A stretch of DNA of 64,000 nt from positions 81,096,001-81,160,000 of the forward strand of contig OZ024744.1 of assembly GCA_964016885.1 (NCBI GenBank). Reading direction: 5' to 3'. The translations under genes were made by a program, and so were the position numbers. This DNA is from Eledone cirrhosa. Its lineage: Eukaryota. The notes under the pieces are model-generated. The model ran no database searches. It was not told the DNA's origin and was given only the letters and a program-made list of their open reading frames with translations. Below are positions 1 through 12,422 of this stretch, in pieces; the stretch's first letter is position 1, and each line of letters opens with the position of its first letter.

Positions 1-302
1 ATAGCAAAGGCATCCAACTGTCGAAACCATACCAAACAAAATTTGGGAGGACACTTCAGTTGTATCAAGGATATGCCTACTTCCCTAGTGCTGGTACCAT
101 GATAAAATGCACCCAGTACACTCTGTAAAGTGATTTTTGATAGGAAGGCCAGCTAGCTCTAGTAAATTTCCAAACAAATCTATCATATATAAAAGTGAAA
201 AAAAAGTAAAACAAGTTATCTGGTCCTTCTTTTCTGATTTATTCTTCATTTTTGAAGATGACCAAGGACTTCACCTCTGAAACACCTATAAAAACTTCTT
301 AA

Positions 303-503
303 CCTTTTAGCATTTAAACTGGTCATATCCAGTCAGAATTCTCTCACATCTTTCTGGTCAAACTGGCTGTAGCCAGCTGCTCATACTGATATTAAGGTAT
401 GGTTCTGAAAATAAATAATATCAAAATCTCGTAGATTCTATATTATGTGAGATTACCATGAAAATATAATAGTATATATAGAGTAATGTAAAATGCTAAA
501 GGG
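303..503. mobile_element. piggyBac-type MITE (family A); related copies near 14880-15098, 23955-24160, 48737-48963, 56833-57174
   Basis: TTAA on both flanks (299-302, 504-507); terminal inverted repeats ccttttagcattt / aaatgctaaaggg. Confidence 0.75.
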
Positions 504-1236
504 TTAAAGTGCATTGACAATGGAGGATGCTGCTGTGTGGGCAATCAGAAAACTGTGATCACTTCTGCCTATACTACACCGATAGTGTGGGCCCTCACAG
601 GCAAGTAAACTACAAAGTGTTGCAGACACTTGTAGTATCCTGACCACCACAACAGAAGGTCTGCCATATCAGTTTGTGGTTTTAAGAAGCTTGAATCATG
701 ACATGCATTGGATTTGGGTTATAATGAGGGAGTACTGCACTGAATTACCACCATGACTCTCTCAGCTTTGATTTCTTTGACTAGCAGCAAGGTAGGTTGA
801 AATGATAAAAAGTACATGAAAAATGAAAAAAGAGATGCAGTGGAACAGCAAAAGCGATCTACATGTTTTATTGTAGTCTGACATATGCACCCGATAGTGA
901 TTAGTGACTTGTTGTTAGGAAGAGCATCCAACAGTAGAAACAAAGCCAAAATACAGATCCATATAAGCAGGTTGGGTTGTGATAACCTTACTAAGTTGCT
1001 GTTAAGAAGAGCATCCAACAGTAGAATCCAAGCCAAAATACAAATCCATATAAGCATGTTGGTCTCCTCACCTGAATTGCCTCATAACATGATAACCTGT
1101 CTAATCCATGCAAGCATGGAAAAATGGATGTTAAATGATGAGGGTGATGATATTTCATAATATTTTGAGGTTAGAAATATAGGGTAGAAACTATTGTTTC
1201 ATTTTGTCCTTTACTTTACTATAGTTATATAATAAA

Positions 1237-2035
1237 GAACAGTCACCAACCTTTCGGACCTCACGGACCACTAAATTCATAATTATAAATCCCGCGGACC
1301 ACTAATATGAATTTTTTTTAAATATTCATCATCATCATCATCATCATGATTTTTCCTACTTGCAAGGGTGGGACGGGAACTGATTCTGGCTTGATTTCTA
1401 CAGCTGGATGCCCTTCCTAACACCAACCTCATTTACAGTGAGTGCTGGGTGCTTTTTTGCCGTGGCACCTCCACGACCACTTTACAGTGGAATGATAGGG
1501 ACTGGGGTCCCTATCATCTCATTTCTACAGCTGAGTAAACTGGAGCAATGTGAAATAAAGTGTCTTGCTCAAGGAAACAACACATCACCCGGTCTGAGAA
1601 TTGAACTCACAACCTTTCGATTGCAAGGCCAATGCTCTAACCACTAAGCCATGTGCCTCCATATAATGCATTTGTAAAATAATGTTTCTACTTTTGGCAC
1701 AAGGCTAGCAATTACCCCAGTGCATTACTGGTACTTTATTTTATTGACTCCGTAAGGATGAAAAACAAAGTTAACCTCAACGGATTTGAATTTGTGCAAA
1801 GCATGGTGTCTGACGTTCTACTGATACTGCCAAACCACTCCTCTTTTAATACATTTGTAAAATAATGATCAAAGAACTTCCATTTTATTAATATGAAATG
1901 CTCCTATTAAAACATTTTTAGGGGTGTTATAAAATATATTTTAACCGAATATCATTTTTGTTTTATTATTAATAAAACATAAAAATTGCCAATAATGTCC
2001 AAATTTTCTCTTGGACCACTTGTTGATGACCACTG
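1237..2035. mobile_element. Degenerate hAT-like MITE interrupted by two SINEs
   Basis: Left end cagtcaccaacc, right end gttgatgaccactg; repeated ggaccact subterminal motifs. Confidence 0.45.
1327..1660 (-). mobile_element. tRNA-derived SINE with (ATG)n tail (family B)
   Basis: Minus strand shows an A-box (tggcttagtgg) and B-box (gagttcaattct) head and a (gat)n tail. Near-identical to 12090-12422 and to the inverted copy at 11675-11957. Confidence 0.85.
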
Positions 2036-2186
2036 GTATAGAATATACCATTATATTTTCTATTTGCATTGTACTTGTGATATGTTATTGAGAATGTATA
2101 GGTAAAACAAGAGCAAGAATGACAGGGGTATTCTACTGACATGTCTTTTAAGAGGCTGTTTGCATAATTGCAAACGAATTGAATAT

Positions 2187-2650
2187 TCATCATCATCATT
2201 TTACGTTCGTTTTTCCCTGCTTGTAAGGCTGGGACGGGTCCTATTCAGCACAGCATCTCTCCACTTCGTCATCTTCTCCATGAGCTTCAGCGATCTGAGG
2301 ACTGCTCTCACCACCTCCGCCCGTGTTTTTCGTGGTCTTCCTTCTACTAGGATTTTTTGGCATTTCTTTACCCAGCAGTCATCCTCCATGCGCATCACAT
2401 GTCCATACCATCGCAGTCTTCTCTCCCGCACACTACAACTTATCCCTCTTATACACAGTTTCTCACTCAACTCATCTATGCTTGGTCATTCACGCACATT
2501 GATATTATAGATCCAATGGAGTATGCTTGCTTCATTTCTCTCCAGCCGTCGCATATCTTCCACAGTTGCTGCCCATGTCTTACTACCATGCAGCATCGTG
2601 CATCTCAAACAGGCATCATATAACTGGCCTTTCCTATGCAAGGAGAAACC
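2187..2650 (-). mobile_element. RTE-clade LINE 3' fragment
   Basis: ORF 2201..2470 reads RRLRWYGHVMRMEDDCWVKKC...GRPRKT, followed by a (gat)n tail. Confidence 0.8.
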
Positions 2651-2797
2651 CTTCTTTTATTAATATTCGAAAAACTCTGATAACATTTATTGTATTCAGC
2701 CATATAGAGCGATAAACTATTTGTTAGTTATATCTCATAATCTTTCATATAAACTATATCATTTTATTACATGTAACTTTTTTTTTTAATATTTTAG

Positions 2798-4209
2798 ATG
2801 CAAAATCTCACTCTGAAAGCAAAGTTTCCGATCCCAAGAAGGATGTCGTCTACGATAATAACAAATCGGACTACGACGGACGCCAAAATTCTGATAACAG
2901 AAAGGGTGCTGGTAACCGTAGAAACAACCTTCCACCCCGATTGTCTGGTAAAACCAACAACTCTGATTCAGCACAGATTAACAGTAATGCTAACCAACCT
3001 AGTCATGGACATAGCAGTAATTACACTAGTAATAACTATAGTTCTAATAGTTATTCCGGTAGTCATGGATATAACAACAACAACAATGATAACAATAGCG
3101 GCGGTGGAAGCAGCAGCAGCAACAACCACTCTTTTAATTCTGGGTCGAATTCTGGCTACAGCGCCACATCCTATAGTCAAGATTACAACAACACTAACCA
3201 CTATCAGCAGAGGTATAACTGTAATTCAAGCCACAGTAATTATAATACTACTATGGTTTCTAGCAATTCGTCACACACCAATCACAACTACAACAACCAA
3301 CGTGGTTATAACAAGTATGAGAATATCAGTAATAATTCACTGGTTGGTAATAGCAGAGGTTCTGGAGGACACGATCAGAACCACATAATGAATAATAATA
3401 ATAATCCATCGAGTCATTATAATCATCCTCATCAGCAACAGCGCTACAATAACCATGCTTCGGTCCAGGGAAATCCTAACAACCGAGGTGTTTTCCATCA
3501 AGGTTATCACAGTGACCCAAGGCAGCAAGCAGGGATGGTGTCCGCTCCAGCTGCTCGACAGCCGAGAAGCTACTGCCACAATCAGGGTCTCACACAACAG
3601 CAGCAACAACAACAGCAACAACAGCAGCAACAGCACACACCGTTCTTCAATGTAAGCTCAGGGCCAGCTCAGCATCAGCAGCAGCAGCAGCAGCAGCAAC
3701 AACAACAACACCACCAGCAGCAACAGCACCACCAGCAGCAACATCACCACCAGCAGCATCCATCACAGTCATCACACTATTCGAATGATGTCGGCGCTCG
3801 GTATCCTCCTTACAACCAAAAGGACCTCCACCAACATCATCAACCTGCAGCTCAGCATCCTCCACCACCTCCACATCATAACGTAAGTGGATCTCTTGGA
3901 GCTGAAAACCACCCTAATAAAATGATGAGCAGGGACTTTCAGCAGCAAATGTTTTCACCCGTAGCACACAGTCAAAAAATGCTTGATAATTTGAACATGG
4001 GTGAAATGGGCGATGTTGATCCAAGACACGTCATCAGTTACGATGGAAGCAATGGACGTAACAATTACTCATACAATACAGCTAACCGTCCGAAAGGTGG
4101 TGGCGGCAGCGGCGGTAGTGGTGGTGGAAACAACTGCCACAAGAAACAAGTTGATATTGACGCTTCGGACTTTAAGCATGAAAGAAAAAGCAATCCATCT
4201 CCTAATATG
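2798..4209 (+). CDS. TDRD3: TDRD3 internal coding exon (long low-complexity N/S/G/Y- then Q/H-rich region); upstream exons lie outside the window
   Basis: Polypyrimidine acceptor tttttttaatattttAG ending at 2797. Codons from 2800 read AKSHSESKVSDPKKD...NNLPPRLSGK and continue as ORF 2941..4242. Donor ATG|GTGAGT at 4210. Splices in phase 0 to the Tudor exons. Confidence 0.8.
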
Positions 4210-5079
4210 GTGAGTTTTCTTGTTACATTTTCATTCCTTTAATGTTGTGTATTTTTACCATAAAATGATTTATTTTCAGAAGCAACCATCTCCTATTGAT
4301 CCGGCTGGATCCCCAAGTGAGACCAGCCGTCTCAATTCAGAGAAGTAGCGGCTCTACCTGGAGTGCATCTCTGATCCTTGAGCTATGCTCTCTATTTAGT
4401 GATTCCAAATACCCTTCAGAGGAACCCCATTTTGACTGCTTTTATTCGTGGTCATATTCTTTCGGCCATTACCTAAGATTCATGACTGTAGGTAAGGGTT
4501 GGCGCTATATACCTAATTGAAGATAGCAAGTTTGGCTTTCACACTTACCTCACATCTAAATCAAAATCTACCGTCATAATTTTATGTAAGAAACTTTTGT
4601 TAAATAGTTTGCAAAATACTATCTTCATAATAGCAGAGTTAGTAACACTACTGAACACTTCCTAATTCTGCTTATTTTAAAAATTAATTGAAATGCATAA
4701 ACAACATATTTAGAATATGGTCAAAAAGATTAAAATTAATTCTGATCATCATCAACATTGTTTAATGTCCACCTTCCATGCTTGCATGGGTTAGACTGGT
4801 TGTCACTTTATCAGACATGTCAAGTCAGGTCACCATGTCTTGTTTATATGGAACTGTTTTCAGCTTGGTTCCTATGGCTGAATACCCTTCCTAACAGCAA
4901 CCACATTAACGTGTGGACTGGGTATTTTTTATCATAGCACCAAAATAACCAAACGCCCATCTATCTAACAGGGTGGATCGAGTGGTTTTTCATCATGCCA
5001 TCATTGGTCAAATATCATTTCAATGAAGAAAATGTATTTATTAACTGAACCTTTTCTTTTTTTATTTTGTTTTTACTAG

Positions 5080-5142
5080 GTTAATTTACATAGCTGGCGA
5101 AGTGGAGACCATTGCCTAGCAAAATACTGGGAAGACAAGAAG
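5080..5142 (+). CDS. TDRD3: TDRD3 exon, first part of the Tudor domain (VNLHSWRSGDHCLAKYWEDKK)
   Basis: Acceptor ttttactAG at 5079, donor AAG|GTCGGT at 5143; 63 nt, phase 0-0. WxxGDxCxAxYWED matches the TDRD3/SMN-type Tudor start. Confidence 0.9.
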
Positions 5143-5171
5143 GTCGGTGTTTGATTTTAAAATATTAAGAT

Positions 5172-8100
5172 TTATAATAATAATGAAAATATTGTGTACA
5201 GTGCTCAGGTGCACTACAACTCATCAAAAGTCTATGTATAGTACATAGGGTAATGTACAAATGTCAGGAAAATGAACAGTGTATGAGTCATGATATACAC
5301 GTGTGCATGTGTATGGAAGGGGGACATCAGGAAGCATGAGGGTTTTAAAGGATGCAGTGTCTCGGCAGCTAACAACTGACGCAGGTAGTTTGTTCCAGCA
5401 ACTCTAAGCGTGAAAAAATGTTTCCGAAAGTCATGGGAGCTGTGCTGTTTTCTGATTTTGTAGGCATGTCCACGTGTGTTAGACACATGGAGATCAAAGA
5501 GGTGCTCAGGGTTGTTGGCGAGATGGTTAATAACTTTGTGGGTGTTTACCAAGTCCATTGCCAGACGACGGAGCTTCAATGAATCCATGCCCAGGGAAGC
5601 AAGGCGTTCAGAGTATGGTAGGTGTCTGATGGAGGGTATGTACATGGTTGCACGTCTCTGAACAGTTTCCAGGAGGGTAATGTTCTGAGCAAGATAGGGG
5701 TTCCAGACTGATGATGCGAATTCCAAGGGTGACTGTACCATAGCTGTATACAGCTTTAAATAGATGGCTGGAGAGCGGCTGACAAAGGTCTTGCTGAGTG
5801 ATGTCAAGACACCCTTGGCTTTCTTGACAATCTTAGCGATGTGCTTTGTCCAACGCAAATCACTGCTGACAGTAATGCCCAGGTCACACGTTCACAAGAG
5901 GACTTCTTGATATCAGTGTTGTGGAGGGAGTATGTGGACGCTGGATTTTTCCTCCCAAAATGCATGGTGGTACACTTGTCCACAGCCAGCTTCAGTTGCC
6001 AGTCTGTGATCCATTGCTGCATTGTGTCCAGGTCTGATTGTAGGAAAGAGTTGTAGATTGCAGGATCTGTCCTTTTGATTTCAAGGTACAGCTTGATGTC
6101 ATCTGCATATTTCAGTACTGTGGCATTCTTTAAGTTGGCATCTATGTCATTAATGTATGCAACAAACAAAAGGGGACCAAGAACAGATCCCAGTGGTACA
6201 CCAGATGACATCTCATATGGTGAAGAATGCTGTCCTAGAACTGTGACTACATCTTTTCGGCTGAGAATGAAGGATTTCAACCAGTTAAAAAGATCATCCT
6301 TCACACCCATTGCAGAGAGTTTCGCCATAAGTCTTTTGTGTTGTACAGAATTAAAAGCCTTAGCGAAGTCAAGGTAAACAACATCCACCCATGAGCCGCT
6401 GTCAGTGATCCGGGTAATGTCTTCAAGAAACTCGATAAGCTGATCACAGCAGCTGGAGTTAGGGATAAATCCAAATTGCGAGGGCCGGATGAGGCTGTGA
6501 GAGCTCCAGAAGTTCCAAAGTGTTTCTCTCACGCAGGATTCCATCAGTTTGGCAATACAGCTAGTAAGACTGACTGGACGATAGTTGACAGGTGACGTGC
6601 GGTTGCTCTTTTTGAACAGGGGAATGATACTGACAGTTTTCCACTGCTCCGGAGTAGCACCATTGTTGAGACAGTATTGAAAGAAGAAAGAAAGCTGGTG
6701 CAAAAGGAAGTACCCGCCACGTTTGTGAAGCAGGTATGTAACACCATCAAGACCAGGGGAGGCATAGTTGCACTTATTCTTAAGGTGACGTCGCAACGTT
6801 GCAGGTGTAAATTCCATAGTTGTTATCGAATTTGGTGTTAGAGATGGTGGAGATGGTACATTCTGGTTTTCAACAGTAAAAATGCTTACATAGCACTCAG
6901 CAATGAGTTCTGCGTATTCTTTGGGATCGTCAGTGACCTGGCTTGTGTGGAGATTGCGAAGAGGACCAACTGGAGAGTGAGGTCTCTGCTTTGAATGAAC
7001 ATATTTCCAGAACACCTTACTGTCAGGATTGGTTGCTATGCACTGTTCAAATTCAAGCACTGCCTTTTTTGTCACTCGCTTGAGATAGTTGGAAGATTTA
7101 TTCCACTTTTTTCTGTTGGCATCTGATTTATGCAGTTTATATTCCCGTTCAGCGTTCCGACGTTCTTTCCTGGTAAGTCGGACCACTGAAGTTTCCCAAA
7201 TTGCACTTTTGGGGTGGGTTTTTTCTGCTTACGTGGCACCGATGCTACACATGCTATCCATATTGAGTCCAGGATGCTCTGGAGTATAGTGTTCACATAT
7301 CCAGAGTTACAGAACTCATGCCAGTTTGGGCGCTGTAGCTCAGTGCAGTACAAGTTCCAATCAAAGCAAGCAGATTGGCGATGGTTCTGGTTTTTGTTGC
7401 TGCCCGCAAGAGTCAGATTGGCAATGATCATAGCATGATCAGAGTTGTCTAGAAGTTCCTCAGTAGTACAACTGATAACCACTTCAGGAGTAGTGGTGAA
7501 GAGCAGGTCCAAAGTGTTGTCACCTCTTGTTGGAGAGGTGACTACTTGTGACCAGTTTGAGTCCAGCACCAGCTCAAGGAAATTGTTTGCACTTTGTGGC
7601 CAACGAAAGGTTTCCCAATCGATCTCAGGATGATTGAAGCCACCTGCAATAAACACAGAAGTGGCTGTTTTCCTGGCAGCAGCTCTGAGGATATCGCAAA
7701 GCTGTGTGTCCTGATGGTAGTTTGGGGGGCGATAAACAACACCAAGCAGAAGTGTTGACATGGTCATACGTATGTCACAGAAAAAAACTTCTTGTGATTC
7801 GTTCAAATCAACGCAAGGAATTACCAAAAAGTTTGAACGAACGTAAACCATCACACCACCACCACGGCGATTAATGCAGTCCTTGCGGAACGGGTTGTAC
7901 CCAGTTATGCTGAAAACCCCATCACAGAGTAAGGAATGTGCTCATGTTTCTGTGACTGGTGAAGTCAGGGTCGATGCTTCTGACGTAGGAGTTAAACAGA
8001 TGTATCTTGTTGCATAAACTGCAAGCATTTAAGGACAACAATTTCTACCCTGCTTGCAGTAGAGGATGGCAGGTTGTTCTGGTTTAGTTTCCCAGAGTTG
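5172..8100 (-). mobile_element. CR1-clade LINE ORF2 (APE endonuclease + RT), frameshifted, in a TDRD3 intron
   Basis: ORFs 7072..7854 (VYRPP, GGFNHP, SDHAMI), 5804..7186 (NYRPVSLTS, YLDFAKAFN, GSVLGPLLF, YADD) and 5232..5858 (TRGHAYK, FFTLRV); (TAA)n-type tail near 5173. Confidence 0.9.
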
Positions 8101-10047
8101 TTGCAGTTGTGTCCTTGTGTTTTATCCCCTATACCACTGCCAGTTTACAGATAAGGGTTCTTAGTTTTAATCATGCCTGGTGCTATAACATTATCTACGA
8201 ATAAGAAAACTGATGACTACTGGAGGCGAAACTTATTAAAACATCGTGTAGATGTAAATATTGATTTCTAATTTAGGCACAAGGCCAACAAATTTGGAGA
8301 AAGGGCAAAGTTGATTGAATCAACCCCAGTACTTCATTGGTATTTTATTTTATCAGCCCCAGAAAGATGAAAAATAAAAATTAATCTGGGTGACATTCGA
8401 ATTCAAAACATAAATAGCCCAAATAAATACTGCTGCAGTATTTGAACTGCGAATGTAAAGAGCCAGAATATATATTCTCAGTTGCAGTTTATCTAACATT
8501 GTGTCAATTCTGCTAATCTACTTCCCTTGTAGATGTAAATAGTAAAAGTTGTTTTATTTCTAAAGATGGGTTTAATTGACCCAAAAATTAAAATTTCCAG
8601 CAAAACTATTAATTTTGAAAAATATCTTTATTTACTTTTGATACATATATAATTTTTCTATCACATTGTTGAACAGTTGTCTCTTGTCAAAGTACATGGC
8701 TTAGTTTTGTCAATCAAGCTGTATGGTAAGTGATTCTTCTGTTGAATGATTAAGGAGTAAGCATATGTCCAGCTGAAAACATAAATATAAAATTTGAAAG
8801 CAGATCAATATTATATAATGGAATGAAATGGCTGGATCATGTGTTGAAGAAGTATAAAAGTGACTGGATGAGGGTGATTGCAGCCAGTGATGAATGTAGT
8901 GAAGAGAAATGGAATGAAATGGTTGGGTCATGTGTTGAGAAAGAATAAAAGTAATGTGTGTGTGTGGGGGGGGGGGGCACTTTCCACGATTGCATGGGTT
9001 AGATGGTTTGTCCCATTTGAAGCAAGCTGGGTCTGCTGACCGTAACTTACTCATATAGAACTTTCTGGCTAGATTTCTACAGCTGGATGCCCTTCCTAAC
9101 ACCAACCACATTTACTGTGTGCTGGCTGCTTTATGTCGTGACACCTACACAACCACTTTACAGTGTGGGCTGAGTGCTCTTTGACGTGGCACCTATACGA
9201 TCATTTTACAGTGTGGGCTGAGTGCTCTTTGACGTGGCACCTAAACGACCACTTTACAATGTGGACTGGGTTATTTTGTATGTCTATTGTAAATCTCCAA
9301 CATGATAGGGCTCTCCTATTTCTTTATTTTTATGATTCAAACAAATGGCCAATAGTCTTCTCAATGCCTATCCAATCAAAGTACTTATTGATTATGTGAA
9401 AATCTGCATTTCTGCAATAAGCAGCTGTTTGCTATTCCCCCCCACCCCTGAAAAATAAATTATGTGTACAATATAAGAAACTTTAAGTTATGTTCCAAAC
9501 ACCAGCTTCATAATGAGAACCATCACCATCATTACGTCCACTTTTCTATGTTGGCATGGGTTGGACAGGATGGTTTAAGACAATGTTTTACATTCAAATG
9601 CCCTTTCTGATGTAAGCCTTTTTATTCACCTCTTACGACACGGATACGGTGTACCTATTCTAAAAACCAGGGTATATACATTGTTTCTACATTTGGCACA
9701 AGGCCAGCAATTATCCCAGTGTATTACTGGTACTTTATTTTATCGACCCAGTAAGGATGAAAGGCAAAGTTAACCTCGGCGGGATTTGAACTCAGAATGG
9801 CAAGGGCCGTAACTCTATGTGTCAAAGCATGCCAATCCACTACATTAATGTTAGTTATATTACTAAATCCTTCCAGATTTTTTTTTTTTTTTTTTTTTTT
9901 ATGATTAAAAAATAAGTATCTTTCATGAGAAATATGTTTATGAAAGGGTTAACTTAACACCCATTTTTATTATTATTATTTTATCAATCTCTATGAAAGC
10001 AATTTTCAAATGTATGAAATATTTTTTTTCTTTTTATATCTATGTAG

Positions 10048-10170
10048 TTTTATTCTGCTGTTATTGAATACGTCGTTCCCGACCTCCCAACCTGTGTAGT
10101 CACCTTTTTAGAATATGGCAATGCTGAAGAAGTTATGCTAACTGACGTGAAACCAATTTCTAAAAGCTGG
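10048..10170 (+). CDS. TDRD3: TDRD3 exon, second part of the Tudor domain (FYSAVIEYVVPDLPTCVVTFLEYGNAEEVMLTDVKPISKSW)
   Basis: Acceptor tatgtAG at 10047, donor TGG|GTGAGT at 10171; 123 nt, phase 0-0. Contains FYxAxI...VVxFxxYGNxEEV with the aromatic-cage residues. Confidence 0.92.
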
Positions 10171-10544
10171 GTGAGTTAATGAGCTAAGCTACATTGAAAT
10201 ATTTTACTTATTTGATATACATTCCTATATTTTAGAATATTTTAAAATTAAAGGCAATTCAATTAATAAAGTAATTGTACTTCTTTAATAAATTTTAATT
10301 TTACTTAATAAAGCTGTAGAAAACCTGTCAGACAGTCCTATGCGAGCAAGACAACCAATCTTGCCTCAAGTGGGATAATTCCCGTCTAAACCCATGCTAG
10401 CATGGAAGATATACATTAAACGATGATGATGATGATGAATTCACTCATTCAAACAACTAAAGATATGTGTTTTACAAATTCTTGAAAATACTTAGACAAA
10501 CACCACCAAACAAATACATTGAAGCTCTGACGTTTGGCAACTGA

Positions 10545-10950
10545 CTTGGTAAACACCCACAAGATTACTAACCATCTTACCAACAACAACCTTGAGCACC
10601 TTTTTGAATTTCATATGTCTAACACCCATGGACATGCTTACAAAACCAGAAAACAGTACAGCTCCCATGACTTTCAGAAACATTTTTTTCAAGCTCAGAG
10701 TTGCTGAAGCATAGAACAAACTACCTGCATCAGTTGTTACCTGTCAGGGCACTGCATCCTCAAAAATCTCCGTGCCTCCCAAAATTTGCCAACACTACAC
10801 CTGATATTCCCCCATCATGCGCGCACACACACACACACACACACATTATGACTCATAGACTGTTCACTTTCCTGACATTTGTACATTATTCTATGTAATA
10901 TACATGCGCCTTTGATGAGTTGTAGTGCACCTGAGCACTACACAATTTTC
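10545..10950 (+). mobile_element. 3' fragment of the same CR1 family (other fragments at 12708-12925 minus and 55560-55910 plus)
   Basis: Shares cagctcccatgactttc...ttgtagtgcacctgagcact with the reverse complement of 5190-5520. Confidence 0.8.
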
Positions 10951-11135
10951 CTTTTTTACAATTAATCAGATACACACACACATTCATGATTTAACAAGAA
11001 AAAAATTACACAGAAAGCACCAAAAACAGGAAGTATCACTGTTATCTCCCTTCCCAAGGTTACCGATCTGTACAAAAGACAATTAAAGATAACAATTTTA
11101 CATATAAACTCGCTATCTTTAATTCGATTTCCATG

Positions 11136-11570
11136 CCAACCCTTAACTATGGTCATGAATCTTGGGTATTGACCGAAAGAATATAATCACAAATACAAAC
11201 GGCTAAAATGGGATTCCTCCGAAAGGTCTTCAGTTACTTGATAGAGTGCGTAGCTTGGAGATCAGAGAGTCACTCCAAGAAGAGCTGCTGCTACTTTGAT
11301 TTGAGAGATCACAGCTCTGATACTATGGGAATGTGATTAGAATGTCTCGGGAAAGAATTGCTAGACAGATTTTATGGGCAAAACCAACCGGTAAGAGACC
11401 TAGGGGTAGACCCCGAGCAAGATGGATGGATAACATAAGCATGGCTGATTTAGCTTGGGTATCCAGCCAAATCTGCTAGAGACAGTTGTTTCTGACAGGA
11501 CCTGCTGGAAGGAGTGTTTGAGGACTCTGTCCACCACAACCCTCTCAGGAATAAGTGGGCAAAGAAGAAA
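11136..11570 (+). mobile_element. RTE-clade LINE 3' fragment (same family at 4277-4555 minus, 24598-25290 minus, 52245-52370 plus)
   Basis: Decayed translation LTYGHESWVLTER...KPTGKRPRGRPRARWMDNI; shared 3' end ccctctcaggaataagtggg. Confidence 0.75.
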
Positions 11571-11674
11571 AGTTTTGCATATAAATAAACTTTGTAGTTG
11601 ATATGGCACAAAAAACATCCAAAAATTTGGTAATATAATGCTAATGATATGAAAAATAGATTTATGGAACTAAA

Positions 11675-11957
11675 AGACCGGGTGATGGGTTGTTTCCTTG
11701 AGCAAGGCACTTTATTTCACATTGCTCCAGTTTACTCAGCTGTAGAAATGAGATGATAGGGACTGGGGTCCCTATCATTCCACTGCAAAGTGGTCGTGGA
11801 GGTGCCACGGCCAAAAAAAAACCCAGCACTCACTGTAAATGAGGTTGGTGTTAGGAAGGGCATCCAGCTGTAGAAATCAAACCAGAATCAGTTCCTGTCC
11901 CACCCTTGCAAGCAGGGAAAAGTGGACGTAAAATGAAATGATGATGATGATGATGAT
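11675..11957 (+). mobile_element. SINE family B copy (5'-truncated)
   Basis: Near-perfect reverse complement of 12090-12360; ends in an (atg)n tail. Confidence 0.85.
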
Positions 11958-12089
11958 GAAAAGATTTTATCACTCGTTATTTTCACATAGCAATAACTCA
12001 AGAAACATTTTCCCTACTAAAACATAGAATACTCATAATTCCGAATTATACCCAAATCAAATTAGAAAGTCCATCTCTGTCATTTCATT

Positions 12090-12422
12090 CTTCATTTCAT
12101 TTTACGTCCGCTTTTCCCTGCTTGCAAGGGTGGGACGGGAACTGATTCTGGCTTGATTTCTACAGCTGGATGCCCTTCCTAACACCAACCTCATTTACAG
12201 TGAGTGCTGGGTGCTTTTTTTTTTGCCGTGGCACCTACACGACCACTTTGCAGTGGAATGATAGGGACCCCAGTCCCTATCATCTCATTTCTACAGCTGA
12301 GTAAACTGGAGCAATGTGAAATAAAGTCTCTTGCTCAAGGAAACAACACATCACCCGGTCTGAGAATTGAACTCACAACCTTTCGATTGCAAGGCCAATA
12401 CTCTAACCACTAAGCCATGTGC
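12090..12422 (-). mobile_element. SINE family B copy
   Basis: Near-identical to 1350-1655. Confidence 0.85.

Noticed and set aside
2798-3388. 196-aa ORF starting with ATG at 2798
   Set aside because: The ATG coincides with the splice acceptor; it is an alternative-frame shadow of the low-complexity TDRD3 exon.
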